This document shows positions 12,682 to 24,418 of a stretch of DNA of 64,000 nt, one piece after another. The DNA is from Lytechinus pictus (lineage: Eukaryota): the NCBI RefSeq assembly GCF_037042905.1, contig NC_087263.1:12092001-12156000 (forward strand). The letters run 5' to 3'. A model generated the notes under the pieces. The model was not told where the DNA came from. It saw nothing but the letters and a program-made list of their open reading frames with translations, and ran no database searches. The number at the start of each line of letters is the position of its first letter. Within the stretch, counting starts at the first letter, position 1. The translations under genes and the position numbers were made by a program.

Positions 12682-15600
12682 ATTGATGATGGTAATAATG
12701 ATGATGATGATGGTGATGATAATGGTGATGAATGATGATGGTGATAATGATGATGACGATGATGACGGTGATGATGATGATGATGGAGATAATGTTACCA
12801 GTAGCAATGACGATGATGATGGTGATAATGAGAATACTGATGATGTATTTATTTTGATTGGTCATATTTGTAGTCTTCTTATTTCTATCCTTTCTAATCT
12901 TTATATATTTATTGTTTTATTCACACAGGAAGAGATGGTTGAGAAGCTGAACGTGCTGGAAGGAGAGAGGAGCGACCTTAATTCTTCAATATCATGTATA
13001 TCAAAAGCCAAAGATGAACTTGAAAACAAACTTTCTGAAGTAGAGTCCAAATTTAGTGCAATAGAAAATCAGTTAGAAACAAGCCGTGGGGATGTCGAAC
13101 AAGAACTAAATAGAACAAATGATGAGAAAGAACAATTGGAGTCTGATCTAAGTCAGCTTGATGCCCAGCATCAGACAGCTTTAGAGCAGATTATTGCTTC
13201 TAGGGATAAGCTAATCCAGGAGATTAAGGATAAGGAATCAGAGATTAGGGATGTGAATGGCAGATTTGTTGAACAGAGTGCAGAGTTGGAACAGTCGGTG
13301 GCAGATAAAGCACGTCTGGAGTCAGAGATAGAGGAAGTGAGAGAGGACCTTAGCACCAGCAGAGCTGATCTCCTGGACTCTGAACAGATGAAACAAGAAC
13401 AGGCTGTTGCTATGACAACTCTGCGGACCAAACTCCAAGCCATGCAGGACGAGCATAATGAGTTGTTGAAGGAGTTTGATGAATTTAAGCGGGAATCAGA
13501 GATGAATGCAGCTTCAAAGATGGAGGTGGAGAAGCAGAAGCAGGCAGATGAGACCGACCTGCCAAGCAGAGAGGACTTACAATCGCAAATCTTGGCGTTG
13601 ACTGACAAACTGAACAGTTTACAATCTACAGAGCAAAGTAAGACGTCACCTAATGAGAGTGTTGCCTACCTGGAACATGAACTCTCAAGGACTCACCATG
13701 AGATCGAGGAGCTAAACAAGAGCATTGATGAGCGCGATGCCAAGCTCCAGGAGTTGAGCTCGCACCGCGCTGAACATTCCAAGCTTCTGGACGAGAAGGC
13801 TGAAGAGATGCAAGCCTTGAAGACAGAGAATGAACAACTGCAAGAGGAGGTTAAGTCACGGGACGAGGTCTTGACAAAGTCACATGGTGAGCTCATGAAG
13901 CTACAGGCTGACCTTGCGGCTATTAAGTCTGGTGCTAAAAGACAGGAGAATGCTCAAGAACAGGAGCGAACTTTGGCGGAACAGCTGCAGAAAACGTGCG
14001 ATGAGTTGAGGACGGAACTGAAATCCAAGAAGGAATTGCTGGAATCCGCAACCGAAAGCAGGAAAGAATTGGAAGAACTTATTGAACAGAAAGAAGAGGA
14101 TGTGAGAGCTCTCGCCGATGAGAATTCTCATTATTTCAAAAATGTAGAAAAGTCGAAAGACAAAATTAGTGAACTCTCTGCTAAGGTCAAGGAATTGGAG
14201 AACGTAGAACAGCAACTTCAAGATACAAAGAACAACTTTGAAACATTAAATGCAGAATTAGAAGAAACAAAATTAGAGTTGAAGAAAAAATCTGCTTCTG
14301 AAGGAGAACATATTAAAACGTTACATGCTTATGAAGAAGAAGTAAAAAATCTGAAGAGGAATATTGTGCAGCACGCTGATTCAACGAGGATAGAGAAAGA
14401 AAGTCTTCACTTGGAAGAAGATAAACTTGTGGAAGAATTGAAGGAAAGTTCAAAGAAAATTGAGAATTTGACTGATGAATTGCACACTGCAGAATTAGAG
14501 TTATCTGGCGTCAAAGCAGAGTTGGAAGCTGCGAAGAGAGAAGTCGCAACTAAAGGTAGTCAATTATCAGAGTCAAACGATAGGATAAAAGCATCAGAGG
14601 AAGAAATTGGACAACTCAAAAGTCAAGTTGCAGCTTTGACGGATCAGGTGGATGTTGGTGAAACCAACCTGACTGCTGTTGAACAGCTTCAGAAGGAGTT
14701 GGATAAGAAAAGTGCAATAATTGATGACCTCCAACAAGAGGTCGAGGCAAATCGTGCTGATTTGGAGAGTCGGTGTCAAACATTCCAGGAAAGCATTCAA
14801 AGTAAGGAGAGTGAAATCAGTCGGTTAGACTCATCATTGACTCAACTGCGGAGTCAGAAAGAGTCACTTGATGAGTCAATCGTTGCCTATGAAAGTCAGA
14901 TCAAGGATTTGCAAAGGACCAACCAACAGAAAGACGACGATGTCAACAGGCTGCGGGAGGAAGTCAGGAACATCACCACACAGCTTCAACAGCCAGCTGA
15001 ACAACCCTTGCAGAATGGTGAAATGAATAGGAGTGTGAATGAAAGGATAGAAGATACCCTGTCCCCTTCAAGCCCATTCAGTAAATCTCCAACTGGTGTC
15101 TTCCAAGGTCAGGATGGCTCCATCAGTGACAACGAAAAGCACTATGAGAAGATCATCCAGGAAAGGGACAAGGAGATAGGCATGCTTCAGCATGAACGGC
15201 AAAGTCTCCTTACTAGTCTGAATGAGAAGTCATCATCAACCATGGGCAATAGCGTCCTTGTGGACCTCCACAAGAACCAAATGAAAGTGAAAACCCTAGA
15301 GTCTGAGAGACACCAGATGATGACTGTCCTGAATGAGAAGACAAGAGAAGCAAGCAACCTCAAGAATGAAGTCCACAAGCTTCTGAAAGTCATATCAGCT
15401 CAGAAGTCTGCCCTGGAGAAAGCGCAAGATGATTTCAAGGAGCTGCACAATGAAAGTAGAGGACCAAGAGATGACATGCAGAAGGAGGCCTTACAGAAAC
15501 TTTCACGCATCATTCAAGATAAGGATCTTGAGATTGAAGCATTGAAGCAAAAGAACACTTCCTTGCTGGAAGTTTTGCAGACAGAGGCTCCAAGCAACAG

Positions 15601-18600
15601 TTCTCAGATCTCTGGTGTTCTGTCTGAGAGTGAGAAACTCCAGAAGGAAAATAGTGTCTTGAAGGAGGAGCGAGACCAGCTTGTGGTGAGTATCCACCAA
15701 AAACACCAAGAAAGCCTGGCTTATTACGAAGAGGTGCAGAGACTTGTGGGCATTGTCAATGGAGAAGTACACAAATTTGGTAACTTGCAGAAGCAACATA
15801 GTGACCTTCAAACTAAAATGGATGAAATGTCAGAATCAATGAATCAGTCCAAATTGAAAATTGATGAATCTTTTAGGTTGAAAGGTTCATTAGAGGAGGA
15901 CCTAGAGACACAGAAGAATTTGGTTGAAGAGTTAGAAAACCAAGTTCAGTTGATGGATAACTCGAGGATGGAAATGAACAAGAGGATAGAGGAACTGGAA
16001 AGACTTGAATCAGATAAAGCCAATGAACTTGATGAGAAAGAAAGTGAATTAGCATGTCTACAACGTTCCCTTGATGAAATCAAGATAAAGCCAGAACAGG
16101 TTATTGAGGAGACTCTTGTAAAACCAGAGATGGCTCCTGTGCAATTTAGCTCTCCACCAGTGCAATATGAACAGAGAATGCAAGAGAAGGATGCAGAGAT
16201 TGCTAAACTGCGATCGCAGCTGCAATTGCAACAGGTCACTCCTTCCGTGTCCAAGGATGTCGATAGCTCAAAAAGTGATGCCCAGGAGCTTGCATGTGTC
16301 AAGGAACAACTAGAATCTCAGGGCCATGCATTGATGGAAATGGATGGACTAGTAAAAGACAGAAGCATGGAGCTGGAAAAGAAGAAACTAGAGGTTGCCA
16401 CACTGAGGCAACAGATTGACCAGCAAGACCAAGCCATCCTAGATCAGAATACTACGCTTCAGAAGCAAAGTGGTGATCTACAGCAATTGCATGTAGACCT
16501 GAAGGCTAAGATGGAAGAGGCAAATACGTTGCGTCATCACACCCAACAGATCTCAGCCCGTTTACAGGCTGTGGAGCAAGAACTCGCCAGAGCCCACCAG
16601 GAGATCACGAACCAGCAACACATGGTGCACAACAAGGACGGTGAGCTTCGACAGCTCCAGGACTTGATGAGCAGGACAAGTGCCGAGGTGAGGGAGAAGG
16701 ACTTTGAAATAACCGCACTGCGGGACAAATGTAAGACTCTTGCCAAGCTGGTGGATGAAAGGGAAACGGATGTTCAAGGAGAGGTCCGGAGGCTACTTGG
16801 CGAAGCAGAAGCGATGCAGACACAGGCGCAACGTTTCCAGCAGGAGAGGGATCAGGCAATGCTGGCCTTGGAGAAGTGCCAGAGAGATCTGCTACTACTA
16901 CAGGAAGAGGTTAATATGAATTTAGTCACATCCTTACCATTCAAAATGGAGATTGTTTGACGGAAGAATTTTATTGAAAATATCCATTCTTGCTGTCCTG
17001 AGACTGAATTGCAAGGTTACTATGTATATAATACAAGATAAAAATCAATGATTCAATAGTCCATGTTTGATTCCAGTTATGAATAGTGAATAAAATAATG
17101 GTATCCATACATGATTGAAAAGAGTAATGAAGAGCATGTACTAACCTCCAGAAGAATATCATCAGTATCATTGTATAAATACAAAAGCAGATCATCGTCA
17201 CCCGAAAATTGGGCAAGGAAATTTCCCAAATTCTGAGTCACAAAAAAAAATTGCCACATTTTATGTGTACATATTTCTCTATGACAACAAATTCTCAGAG
17301 AGAAGAAAATTGTTCCCACATCGAAAGGGGGAGGGTCATTTTTCATAAATGAGGAGGCAAAACGCATATTCTGCTTTCGTTAGTTTTTACCCTCTCACCC
17401 ATCCATGCACTTTTTTTTCTGTTGTATACTTTGTCGTTTGTATCATTTGTCTTTTTTTTATGCAAACGTACTATTGACTGTATTTTAATTGTTTTATCAG
17501 AATTGGAATATGAATGAAATTGGCATTGAATGATAATGGTTGGGACCTGACCCTCAAAAATCGGGACGATTGTTGACGATACCGTATTCTGTTCCCAATG
17601 CAGGCTGCAATGCGAGGTGGCAACGAACAGAAGTTAATGCGTGAGCTTGAGAGATTACGCAGTCACCTGATTCAGATGGAAGACACGTACACCCAAGAGG
17701 CTTTGCAATCCGAGGAAAGGGAGAAAGAGTTGAGGAACAGACTAAGTACCGCTGAAGAACACGCCCACACCAGCTCTCATGCTGTGCAAAGCGCAAGGTA
17801 AGTTGTCATAATTTCAGCTCCTTTCAGATATGGTGCAGTGGAGATCAGAGAATTGTTGAATCGTGTTCAGACACAACTGAGATTTCATATTTACCAAATT
17901 TACATAATTATACATGGAAATATTGTATGATTGTCATGGTGATGTTTTAATGTTGGTGCTCTAGTAGTCCTGTTTATGAAATTACCTACATGTATTTTGA
18001 TTTGTTTTGTTTATTGATCACGTAATCTTTAATTCTGTCCGCTATATGCTGTATGATAATTATAGCTGCCATAAAACAATGGTGATTTACGACAAGAATC
18101 CAATTCAAACAAGAGTCACGAACCGATGAGACAAAGTCTGTGTTACGAATGCATAGCACAGGATTCCAGCTTGTATGTGGCTAGTACAATTGAATAGGCC
18201 CTATGCATTTTGTTCATGTGGAGCATGACTCAAGCCAACAAGAAGCAAGCCAACACTGGTGACAGTGGTTGCTTGTAGTGAGGAAATGGAATGAGTTAAT
18301 GGAAATGAATTCTTGATCCTTGATGCTACTGTCACACAATGGAAACTGACTCTAAAACCGACTGATGATACGTCATTTGTGGAGCGTCGTGGCCCAGTGG
18401 ATTAGTCTTCTTACTTTGAAACAGAAGGTCGTGGGTTCGAATCCCAGCCATGGCGTAATTTCCTTCAGCAAGAAATTTATCCACATTGTGCTGCACTCAA
18501 CCCAGGTTAGGTGAATGGGTACCCGGCAGGATTAATTCCTTGAAAGCATGAGCGCTGAAAGGCAGCTCGAGCTAAAGCCGGGGTAATAATAATAACAACG

Positions 18601-21600
18601 CACCTCGAAATAGAATATATCTAGATAGATGGCGCTATATAAAAAATGCTTATTGTTATTATTATTTGAAATAATGTAATAGCTTTGATTGGTCTGAAAT
18701 CGGTTTTGTTGGTGTGACTGTAAGCATCACCAAGACACTGCTCTATCTTTGATTTGGCAGTAAGGAAGCCAGTGTGCAGATAGACAGCCTTCGGGACCAA
18801 CTCAGTGCCATGGTGGACCAAAAAGACCAGGCCCTGATGCAGCTGACTATGGTCCAGTCTGAGTCGGAGGAATATATCCTGTCCCTTAACAATCTCCAGA
18901 TGGTCTTGGAACAGTTCCAACAAGGTACGCTGACAGTGGCCGGTGTAGCAGTGAAGATTGGAGATAGTGGTGGTGATGGTGATGATGATGATGATTACGA
19001 TGATGATGATGATGATGGTGGTGATGATGATGTTTGTGATGGTGATGATGATGATGAGAATGATGATGATGGTGGTGGTGGTGGTGATGATGGTTGTAAT
19101 GAAGATGGTGATGATGGGTAATGTTACGGATGATTATCATCATCACCAAGATGATCATGAGAATGATGATGACAATGATCGTGGTAATGATGGAGATGAT
19201 TATAATGATGATAGTGATGATTATACTCATTTGAAGAAGCGGTTGTTAAAGTTATGGTGAGATGATATTGATAATGATGGAGATGGTGTTGGGGGCAGTG
19301 TTTATACACAATGATTATGATGTAATTTTTTTTTTATACTTCTCAATGCTGTCTGTATCCATTTAGCCTTTATCCTTAACTTTATATTGCAATGTCAAAT
19401 CAGTATATATCTTCCATTATCATCACCCCCTTTGCAGAGAAAGAAGCGTCGATTGCATCTGAAGTAGAGGTGTACGAGCTCAAGGCCCGAGAGAAGGAAC
19501 GCATCGCCGCCGATCTACTCCAACAAAATGTTGATCTGCAGGAGAGGTTATCGTCTGCTCAGGAAGCATTAGATATAGCGTCACGTCTAAGTGAACAACT
19601 AGACAAGAAGGAAGAAGCCATGGAGAAACTCAGGACAGAAAGTGAGTAAACATACCAAAATTATGTCTTTCATTGAAAGAAAGGGACCGAGGGCAGGTCC
19701 ACCCCCCTCCTAAAAAAAGTGGATTACAATGAATATAAATCCAACAACCACTTTCATTAAAAGAAGTGCAAAGGAGTGGAGGCCGATTTAAGACGTGATG
19801 TGAACAAGCTCAGTAACTAATCGTATCAACATAGTAAGGAAAAATGGCTTTTTCTTGACATCAGCCCTTCTAACTGTCCAGATTTTATCTGAATCGTCCA
19901 GATTTTCAACTTTCAAAATAGCCAAAATGCATCCAGATTTTCTTAAATTTCATGACATGTTAGAAAAAAGGAAATATGGGTAAAATTAAATGTTCAAGCC
20001 TTCTTTCCTCATGCACAAGAGTATATTTCATAAGATTTTGCAACTTTCAATACATTAATTTCAAGTATGAAAATTGTGTTCTTCCGGCCTTTAACCCTAA
20101 GAAGACGGGGGGCCTGAATCAGCCCCTGAATCATTCGATATAGTTTGTTTCTCTGGGCTCGCCGGACATTGTAGCGTCGTTGTCTACGTTAAACGCTTGG
20201 CATGAACTAGTGCTTTTTCTGGTGGGGTTCACTATTAAACCTTTTAGCATCACTGAGGGTGTGAACTGTATTACAATGTCTAACCCCCCAAGTATCTGGG
20301 CCTATACTGTGCTATGGGGGAAGTAGGGTGTCATAATGAACTAGTATTACAATAGGGATTAAGTGCACTATTGATCTTCTTATAGATTACCCTCAATACT
20401 AAATGCTGTTACTTAAAGGAGAATGAAACTCTTGGAGCAAGTTAGCTTTTGTGAAAGCAGAAAAATCAAAGAATAAGATCAACAAAAGTTTGAGTAAAAT
20501 AGGACTAGCAATAGAAGAGTTATGAGCATTTGAATGTCGAGATCACTGATGCTATGGAGATCCTCCCATTGGCAACGCAACCAAGATCTATGATATCACA
20601 GATGAACAACTCTCCCCTTTTGGACACTGAAAATATACCCCAAAACATCTCTTTTTGCTCTTTCTAATCATATGACAAACGATTCATCAATGATATAATG
20701 TTGTGAAACCTCTGTACTTGTCCTCTCATAAAGAGAACACCTCACCTTGTGAAAGATTCTATAAAAGTGAGAATATAAGTGAAATAAGTACTAAAGCAAT
20801 GAGGGAGTTGTACGTGTGTGACATCACAGATCTTGGTCGCATTGCCAATGGGAGGATCTACATGGCATTAGTGATCTCAATATTCAAATGCTCATAACTT
20901 TCTTATTATTCATTCAATCTTCCTCAAACTTTCAACAATATGTTTATTTGATTTTTATCTTTGATATGGATTCAGCTGGTTTCAAGGGTTTCATTCTCCT
21001 TTAAATAGAACTGTGGAATGAATAGTGTATTGAACTTGATAAGGATTCATGGTGTATACATTGTATCATGGCCTACATGTAGTCTATATGAAGTGCAGGA
21101 ATTAAGCAACTAATGGACTCAACTACAATAGGGATTAACTTTGTTTAAGTACAAAGTTGATCTTATTTGAATAGCTTATTATTAAAATGAAAATGCTGTG
21201 ATTCACAAAGACGTTGTGCATAGACAAACTGGTTTTAAGAGGCAATGATTTACATTGAATATTTCATATGATATATATTTAATGATTATAAAAAGAATAA
21301 TGATTTGCATCAATTGATGAATTCAATTTTGCTGAAGGTACCAAAAAAGAAGAGGAGGAAAAGAAGAAGAAATTTGCAATATTGTCAGCATAGAATGCAG
21401 AAAAGGGTCATTCCCAGTAGAAATCATAACCATATGAATACATTTTTTTCTTGATTTTTTCTCTTTTCAGTGCACAAGAAGGAGGAAATATTGGGCGAGT
21501 TTCAGCGGAGATTCGATGAGGTCTCAAGCAGAAGCGAAACCAAGGTTGACAAGTAAGTTTAGCTTGAACAATTGTTCATATTTTTTGTATTTTTTCCATG

Positions 21601-22208
21601 AATTTTGATGTAGTAGGAGCCACATTTTAATATCTATGAACAAAATTTGTGTGGAAAGGCAGCATACATAATGGTGGCTTTGAATTTTTTTTCATATTGG
21701 AATAAAATGTGGATGTACATGTACATTTCAATGATGTTCTGAAAATACGAATGCAATGATATCTAGGCCTGCATGTAATTACTAGTTAAAATTTATCCAT
21801 CAATTGTGAATTTGCAAGGGAAATTTGCTATTTATTGGAAATATTTTTTAACTACAAGCACCCAATAAGTGTATCATTGTCTATATAGTTTTTAGTAAGA
21901 ATCTATTCTTTTGAACATTTTTTTTTTATTTCAGGCCTCTTGTGAAAAATCTGTTCATGAATTACTTGTCTGCACCTCAAGCCAAGAAACAGGAGATGAT
22001 CAAAGTCATCTGTAATGTTCTTAACTTCTCAGAAGAAGATATGCACAAGGTAAGCAGGCAAAGGAGTAGGTGATTCTATGATGGTTGTAGATGTGGTATG
22101 GGTGTTTATGGTGTTGATGGTGATGACAACGATGATGATGATGATATTGAAGGTGATGATGATGATCATGATGAGGAAGATCATCATCGATGATGATTAT
22201 GATTATGG

Positions 22209-22256
<48 letters not shown>

Positions 22257-22290
22257 GGAAGATCATCATCGATGATGATTATGATTATGG

Positions 22291-22342
<52 letters not shown>

Positions 22343-24418
22343 GAAGATGAAGAAGATGATGGTGTTGTTCATGAAGATGGTGAAGATTTTGATAATGATT
22401 TTTTATACGGTCGTCCTAGACAGGATGTATTATGGTATCACGCTCGGTGTCCGTCAGTCCGTTTGCCCGTCCGTTAACTTTCCCTTTTAAATGCGATAAC
22501 TTAAATTTGACTTAGTCTAGGCTCATATAATTTGGTGTGTATGATACTAGCATGGATCCTAGGAAGCCTATTGATTTTAAGGTCCAAAGGTCAAGTTCAC
22601 AGTGACATGTTTTCATCTTACCCTTCTGAAGTCCTTGTAAACACGATAACTTTAGTTTAACTTAACCTAGGCTTATATAATTTGGTGTGTATGATACTAG
22701 CATGGATCCCAGCCATTGATTTTGAGGTCAGAACGTCAATAACTTGACCAATTCTCCGCGTTACAGGCAGGCGTATTATGTGCTAGCCTTAGCGACACTC
22801 GTGTTTAAAGATGATTTTGACACTTGAAATGTTCAAATCACATATGGAGCCATTGTTTTGCCTGTGTTACAGTCTCATTCTAATGTATTTTAATTATTTG
22901 AATTTTATTCTAACCAGGGGCCTGTAAAAAATCTTTATAGCAATGATCATATAACATTTTTCTATGATTGATTGCATTGACTACAATATACAATCAATCG
23001 TGAAAATCAGGCATATGTTTAATCGCTAATCTTTGTGTTATGGGACCCTGGATGGTTCTACGGTAATCAAGTTTCCCTTCATGCAGACAGCCACTTCAAC
23101 TCTCACCCTGGCCCTTTGCCTAAAATTACTATCATGAAATTAATATTATGGTAATCTTGCCTTCCAACAAGAACAATAGCTACCATGGTACCGATGATCG
23201 ACAGCCAATCAAAATCAATGATTCCATGCAAGTAACCTTTGGATAGCAAGGAAATGTTTGTTCTTCTGTATTTTCTCTTTGTTTTGAAATGCCTAATGAA
23301 ATTGTACTAAAAAAATGTACCATTTTCATTGATGAATTTTTTTTCTTTGCCCACCATTTCAGTCTGGTCTTGGTTCTGGAGCTGGTGGGTGGTTAAGCGG
23401 ATTCTTCAGACGTACTCCTCATCCCACTCCTCCTCCTTCGCCAACGAAAGCTAATGCTGTAAGTATCTAAATTTAATACATGTCATATTAACCAGACATT
23501 TGTAAATTGCAGTGACTATAGTTGCTTTTGAATGTGTTTATGATATATATATGATTGCAAAATGCAGTATATATCTCATATTGTATTTAATACTCATTGT
23601 GTGAATGCAAAAAGAGAAAGTGAGGCAAGGTTTGATAACAAAAAAAGAATTAGCCAAAAGACAAACATGATTCTGGATATATTAAATTGTCCAGAATGAT
23701 ATGTCTAGACTTGCTTGTTCCACAGTTGTCACAATATCCCACCAAAATGTTTCTGTAGCTGTAGAGGGAAAAAATGATGGATGATATGCATATTAGAGAG
23801 ATAACGAAGAAACAATAGACACAAACAGCAAAGAACCCGGAAAGTTATTGGTAAATGGAATTAAACAGATGAGCTTAACCTTTAACATACATCAAGTATT
23901 AAAGACAGTATTACAAATTGGCTCTTCAGACATTTCAAATAAAAATGTAATTTCATTTTGTGTATCATTTCTTACAGTCCTTCACTCAGCAGTTTGTACA
24001 GTTCCTGGAGTCGGAGTCGACACCGAAGCGCAGTCCCCGTCTTCCTGTGGATGAAATGAGTCAGGACAGGCACCACCACCCCACGTACAATCCATTCTCT
24101 GCCCCCGTACCACAGCAATCCCCATTCATCCAGCCGGGCTCGCCGGGGGCTGCGGTTGGTGCCGGGGCTGGCACTCCCAAGGGGCCAGGGGCTGCTCACC
24201 CGTTCCTCAGGGCGACCGGACAGCCGGCCACGCCGCTTGGAGCCGTACAGCCGGTGATCGCATCGGCTGGGGTGTCTGCGGGGAACCCCCTTGGAGCCGC
24301 CGCCCACTCATTACCCAGCATGCCTACGTTTGCTCCCGTGCCGGCAAGAGAGGGCGCTGCACCGGGTCGTGGGTCACCGCGAGGTCAAGCTGCTGTGCTT
24401 GATGATATACTACATTAG
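51..24418 (+). CDS. TRIP11: Thyroid receptor-interacting protein 11 / golgin GMAP-210 orthologue, 5'-partial, multi-exon. Coding exons: 51-154, 5972-6106, 6736-6921, 8836-9296, 11190-11352, 12318-12431, 12929-16909, 17604-17797, 18761-18924, 19438-19641, 21471-21552, 21935-22049, 23363-23458, 23978-24418
   Basis: Long coiled coil whose C-terminal exons match recalled TRIP11 motifs (ELERLRSHLIQMEDTYTQEAL; SLNNLQMVLEQFQQ; ALDIASRLSEQLDKKEE; KVDKPLVKNLF GRAB domain; GWLSGFF; SFTQQFVQFLESES GA1; terminal VLDDILH). All junctions are GT-AG with matching phases. Confidence 0.92.
1557..2140. mobile_element. Non-autonomous TIR element family A (TTAA-flanked, AGG..CCT ends; Kolobok-like MITE)
   Basis: TTAAAGGACAAGTCCACCCC...GGGATAGACTTGACCTTTAA with long imperfect inverted arms; related copies at 30777 and 55532. 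Confidence 0.8.
2663..2929. mobile_element. Tc1/mariner-type MITE
   Basis: TA|CAGTGCGTCCCA...TGGGACACACTG|TA; about 50-bp TIRs and TA target duplication. Confidence 0.8.
4792..5378. mobile_element. Non-autonomous TIR element family B (TTAA-flanked, Kolobok-like MITE)
   Basis: TTAAAGGAGAATGAAAC...GTTTCATTCTCCTTTAA TIRs and internal inverted repeats; near-identical inverted copy at 20413-21004. Confidence 0.85.
5458..5707. mobile_element. Short GGGCCC-ended palindromic MITE (same family as 51694-51936)
   Basis: GGGCCCCGTCTTTCAAAGAG...CTCTTTGTAAGATGGGGTCC; collinear with the copy at 51694. Confidence 0.7.
5972..6106 (+). CDS. TRIP11: TRIP11 exon (ANTSAMLEDIH...KMITAGQK)
   Basis: TTTCATAG acceptor, AAG|GTAACA donor, 135 nt open, phase 0-0. 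Confidence 0.7.
6736..6921 (+). CDS. TRIP11: TRIP11 exon (MSDSKAAVAT...HVSRLQNE)
   Basis: CAACAG acceptor, GAG|GTGGGT donor, 186 nt, heptad-like sequence; lies within ORF 6694-6981. Confidence 0.75.
6851..8110 (+). repeat. 134-bp tandem repeat spanning a TRIP11 exon 3' end and donor (7 near-identical units plus 2-3 decayed)
   Basis: Unit starts at 6851, 6985, 7119, 7253, 7387, 7521 and 7655, then degenerate from 7790. Confidence 0.95.
8404..8618. mobile_element. Short palindromic MITE
   Basis: GGGGGGTGTTTCACAAAGATTTAAGTATGACTT...AAGTCATACTTAAATCTTTGTGAAACACCCCCC; about 50-bp inverted arms. Confidence 0.75.
8836..9296 (+). CDS. TRIP11: TRIP11 exon (IDELNQSCETL...MFAGIKE), Ser/Asp-rich non-coiled segment
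   Basis: CCATAG acceptor, AA|GTAAGT donor, GC-rich open frame of 461 nt, phase 0-2. Confidence 0.75.
9389..9770. mobile_element. PIF/Harbinger-like MITE
   Basis: TAA|AGCCCGGCTCACACTATGAGAT...ATCTCACAGTGTGAGACGGGCT|TAA; 3-bp TAA TSD. Confidence 0.75.
10545..11305 (+). repeat. Degenerate tandem repeat (about 150-205 bp, 4 units) of a TRIP11 intron end and exon start
   Basis: CCAATTTGA at 10580, 10731, 10925 and 11131; GAAG(A/C)GGCAGATG at 10623, 10804, 10991 and 11197. Confidence 0.8.
11190..11352 (+). CDS. TRIP11: TRIP11 exon (FPEAADALKQQL...DMTAEK)
   Basis: CACTAG acceptor (phase 2 matches the previous exon), AAG|GTACAG donor, coiled coil. Confidence 0.8.
11434..11739. mobile_element. Harbinger-like MITE
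   Basis: Perfect TIR GGCCCGTATTCTGAAGTC...GACTTCAGAATACGGGCC. Confidence 0.75.
12318..12431 (+). CDS. TRIP11: TRIP11 exon (GLMAVHKENVE...TAEKEN)
   Basis: TTGCAG acceptor, AAT|GTAAGC donor, 114 nt. Confidence 0.85.
12468..12845 (+). repeat. Imperfect (GAT)n microsatellite, intronic
   Basis: Direct reading. Confidence 0.95.
12929..16909 (+). CDS. TRIP11: TRIP11 giant coiled-coil exon (1327 codons)
   Basis: Core of ORF 12542-16960; CACACAG acceptor and GAG|GTTAAT donor; E/K/Q/L-rich heptads; includes TRIP11-like KLSRIIQDKDLEIEALKQKN and KHQESLAYYEEVQRL. Confidence 0.92.
17604..17797 (+). CDS. TRIP11: TRIP11 exon (AAMRGGNEQKLMRELERLRSHL...)
   Basis: TGCAG acceptor, AG|GTAAGT donor; conserved TRIP11 segment. 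Confidence 0.9.
18379..18667 (+). mobile_element. tRNA-derived SINE (full length)
   Basis: A box TGGCCCAGTGG, B box GGTTCGAATCCC, central CTGCACTCAACCCAGG...AATGGGTACC, (ATT)n tail. Relatives at about 6299-6640 (+), 41251-41459 (-) and 37975-38090 (-). Confidence 0.8.
18761..18924 (+). CDS. TRIP11: TRIP11 exon (KEASVQIDSLRDQL...VLEQFQQ)
   Basis: GGCAG acceptor, G|GTACGC donor, phase 2-1. Confidence 0.9.
18965..19325 (+). repeat. Imperfect (GAT)n/(GGT)n microsatellite, intronic
   Basis: Direct reading. Confidence 0.95.
19438..19641 (+). CDS. TRIP11: TRIP11 exon (EKEASIASEVE...EKLRTE)
   Basis: TTTGCAG acceptor, A|GTGAGT donor, phase 1-1. Confidence 0.9.
20413..21004. mobile_element. MITE family B copy (reverse orientation relative to 4792)
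   Basis: Same TIRs and internal sequence, reverse-complemented. Confidence 0.85.
21471..21552 (+). CDS. TRIP11: TRIP11 exon (HKKEEILGEFQRRFDEVSSRSETKVD)
   Basis: TTTTCAG acceptor, AA|GTAAGT donor, phase 1-2; leads into the GRAB domain. Confidence 0.88.
21935..22049 (+). CDS. TRIP11: TRIP11 exon, GRAB (GRIP-related Arf-binding) domain
   Basis: PLVKNLFMNYLSAPQAKKQEMIKVICNVLNFSEEDMHK; TTTCAG acceptor, AAG|GTAAGC donor. Confidence 0.9.
22075..22400 (+). repeat. (GAT)n microsatellite with an internal duplication, intronic
   Basis: Direct reading; the block GAGGAAGATCATCATCGATGATGATTATGATTATGG occurs twice. Confidence 0.95.
22399..22806 (+). mobile_element. Helentron-associated (HINE/DINE-1-like) non-autonomous element
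   Basis: T-tract plus TTATACG start, (GTCC)-like microsatellite, internal duplication of about 150 bp with an AAGGTCA motif, GCGTATTA sub-TIR and a short 3' hairpin before TTT. A similar decayed element lies at about 35575-35985. Confidence 0.6.
23363..23458 (+). CDS. TRIP11: TRIP11 exon (SGLGSGAGGWLSGFFRRTPHPTPPPSPTKANA)
   Basis: TTTCAG acceptor, GCT|GTAAGT donor, 96 nt; GWL-G motif typical after GRAB. Confidence 0.88.
23978..24418 (+). CDS. TRIP11: TRIP11 last coding exon (GA1 motif, proline-rich tail, stop TAG)
   Basis: TTACAG acceptor; SFTQQFVQFLESES, YNPF, MPTFAPVP, VLDDILH*; AATAAA at 24643, 24696 and about 25072 downstream. Confidence 0.92.
   Translation, partial: SFTQQFVQFLESESTPKRSPRLPVDEMSQDRHHHPTYNPFSAPVPQQSPFIQPGSPGAAVGAGAGTPKGPGAAHPFLRATGQPATPLGAVQPVIASAGVSAGNPLGAAAHSLPSMPTFAPVPAREGAAPGRGSPRGQAAVLDDILH

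Noticed and set aside
12542..12928. Poly-Met/poly-Asp N-terminus of the 1472-aa ORF
   Set aside because: It is the translation of an intronic (GAT)n microsatellite. A clear acceptor at 12927-12928 joins the upstream exon in phase 0.
13171..16859. Minus-strand ORFs overlapping the large TRIP11 exon
   Set aside because: Antisense shadows of a codon-biased coiled-coil exon, with no independent evidence.
18379..18455. tRNA gene
   Set aside because: It is the head of a multi-copy SINE and the cloverleaf is incomplete.
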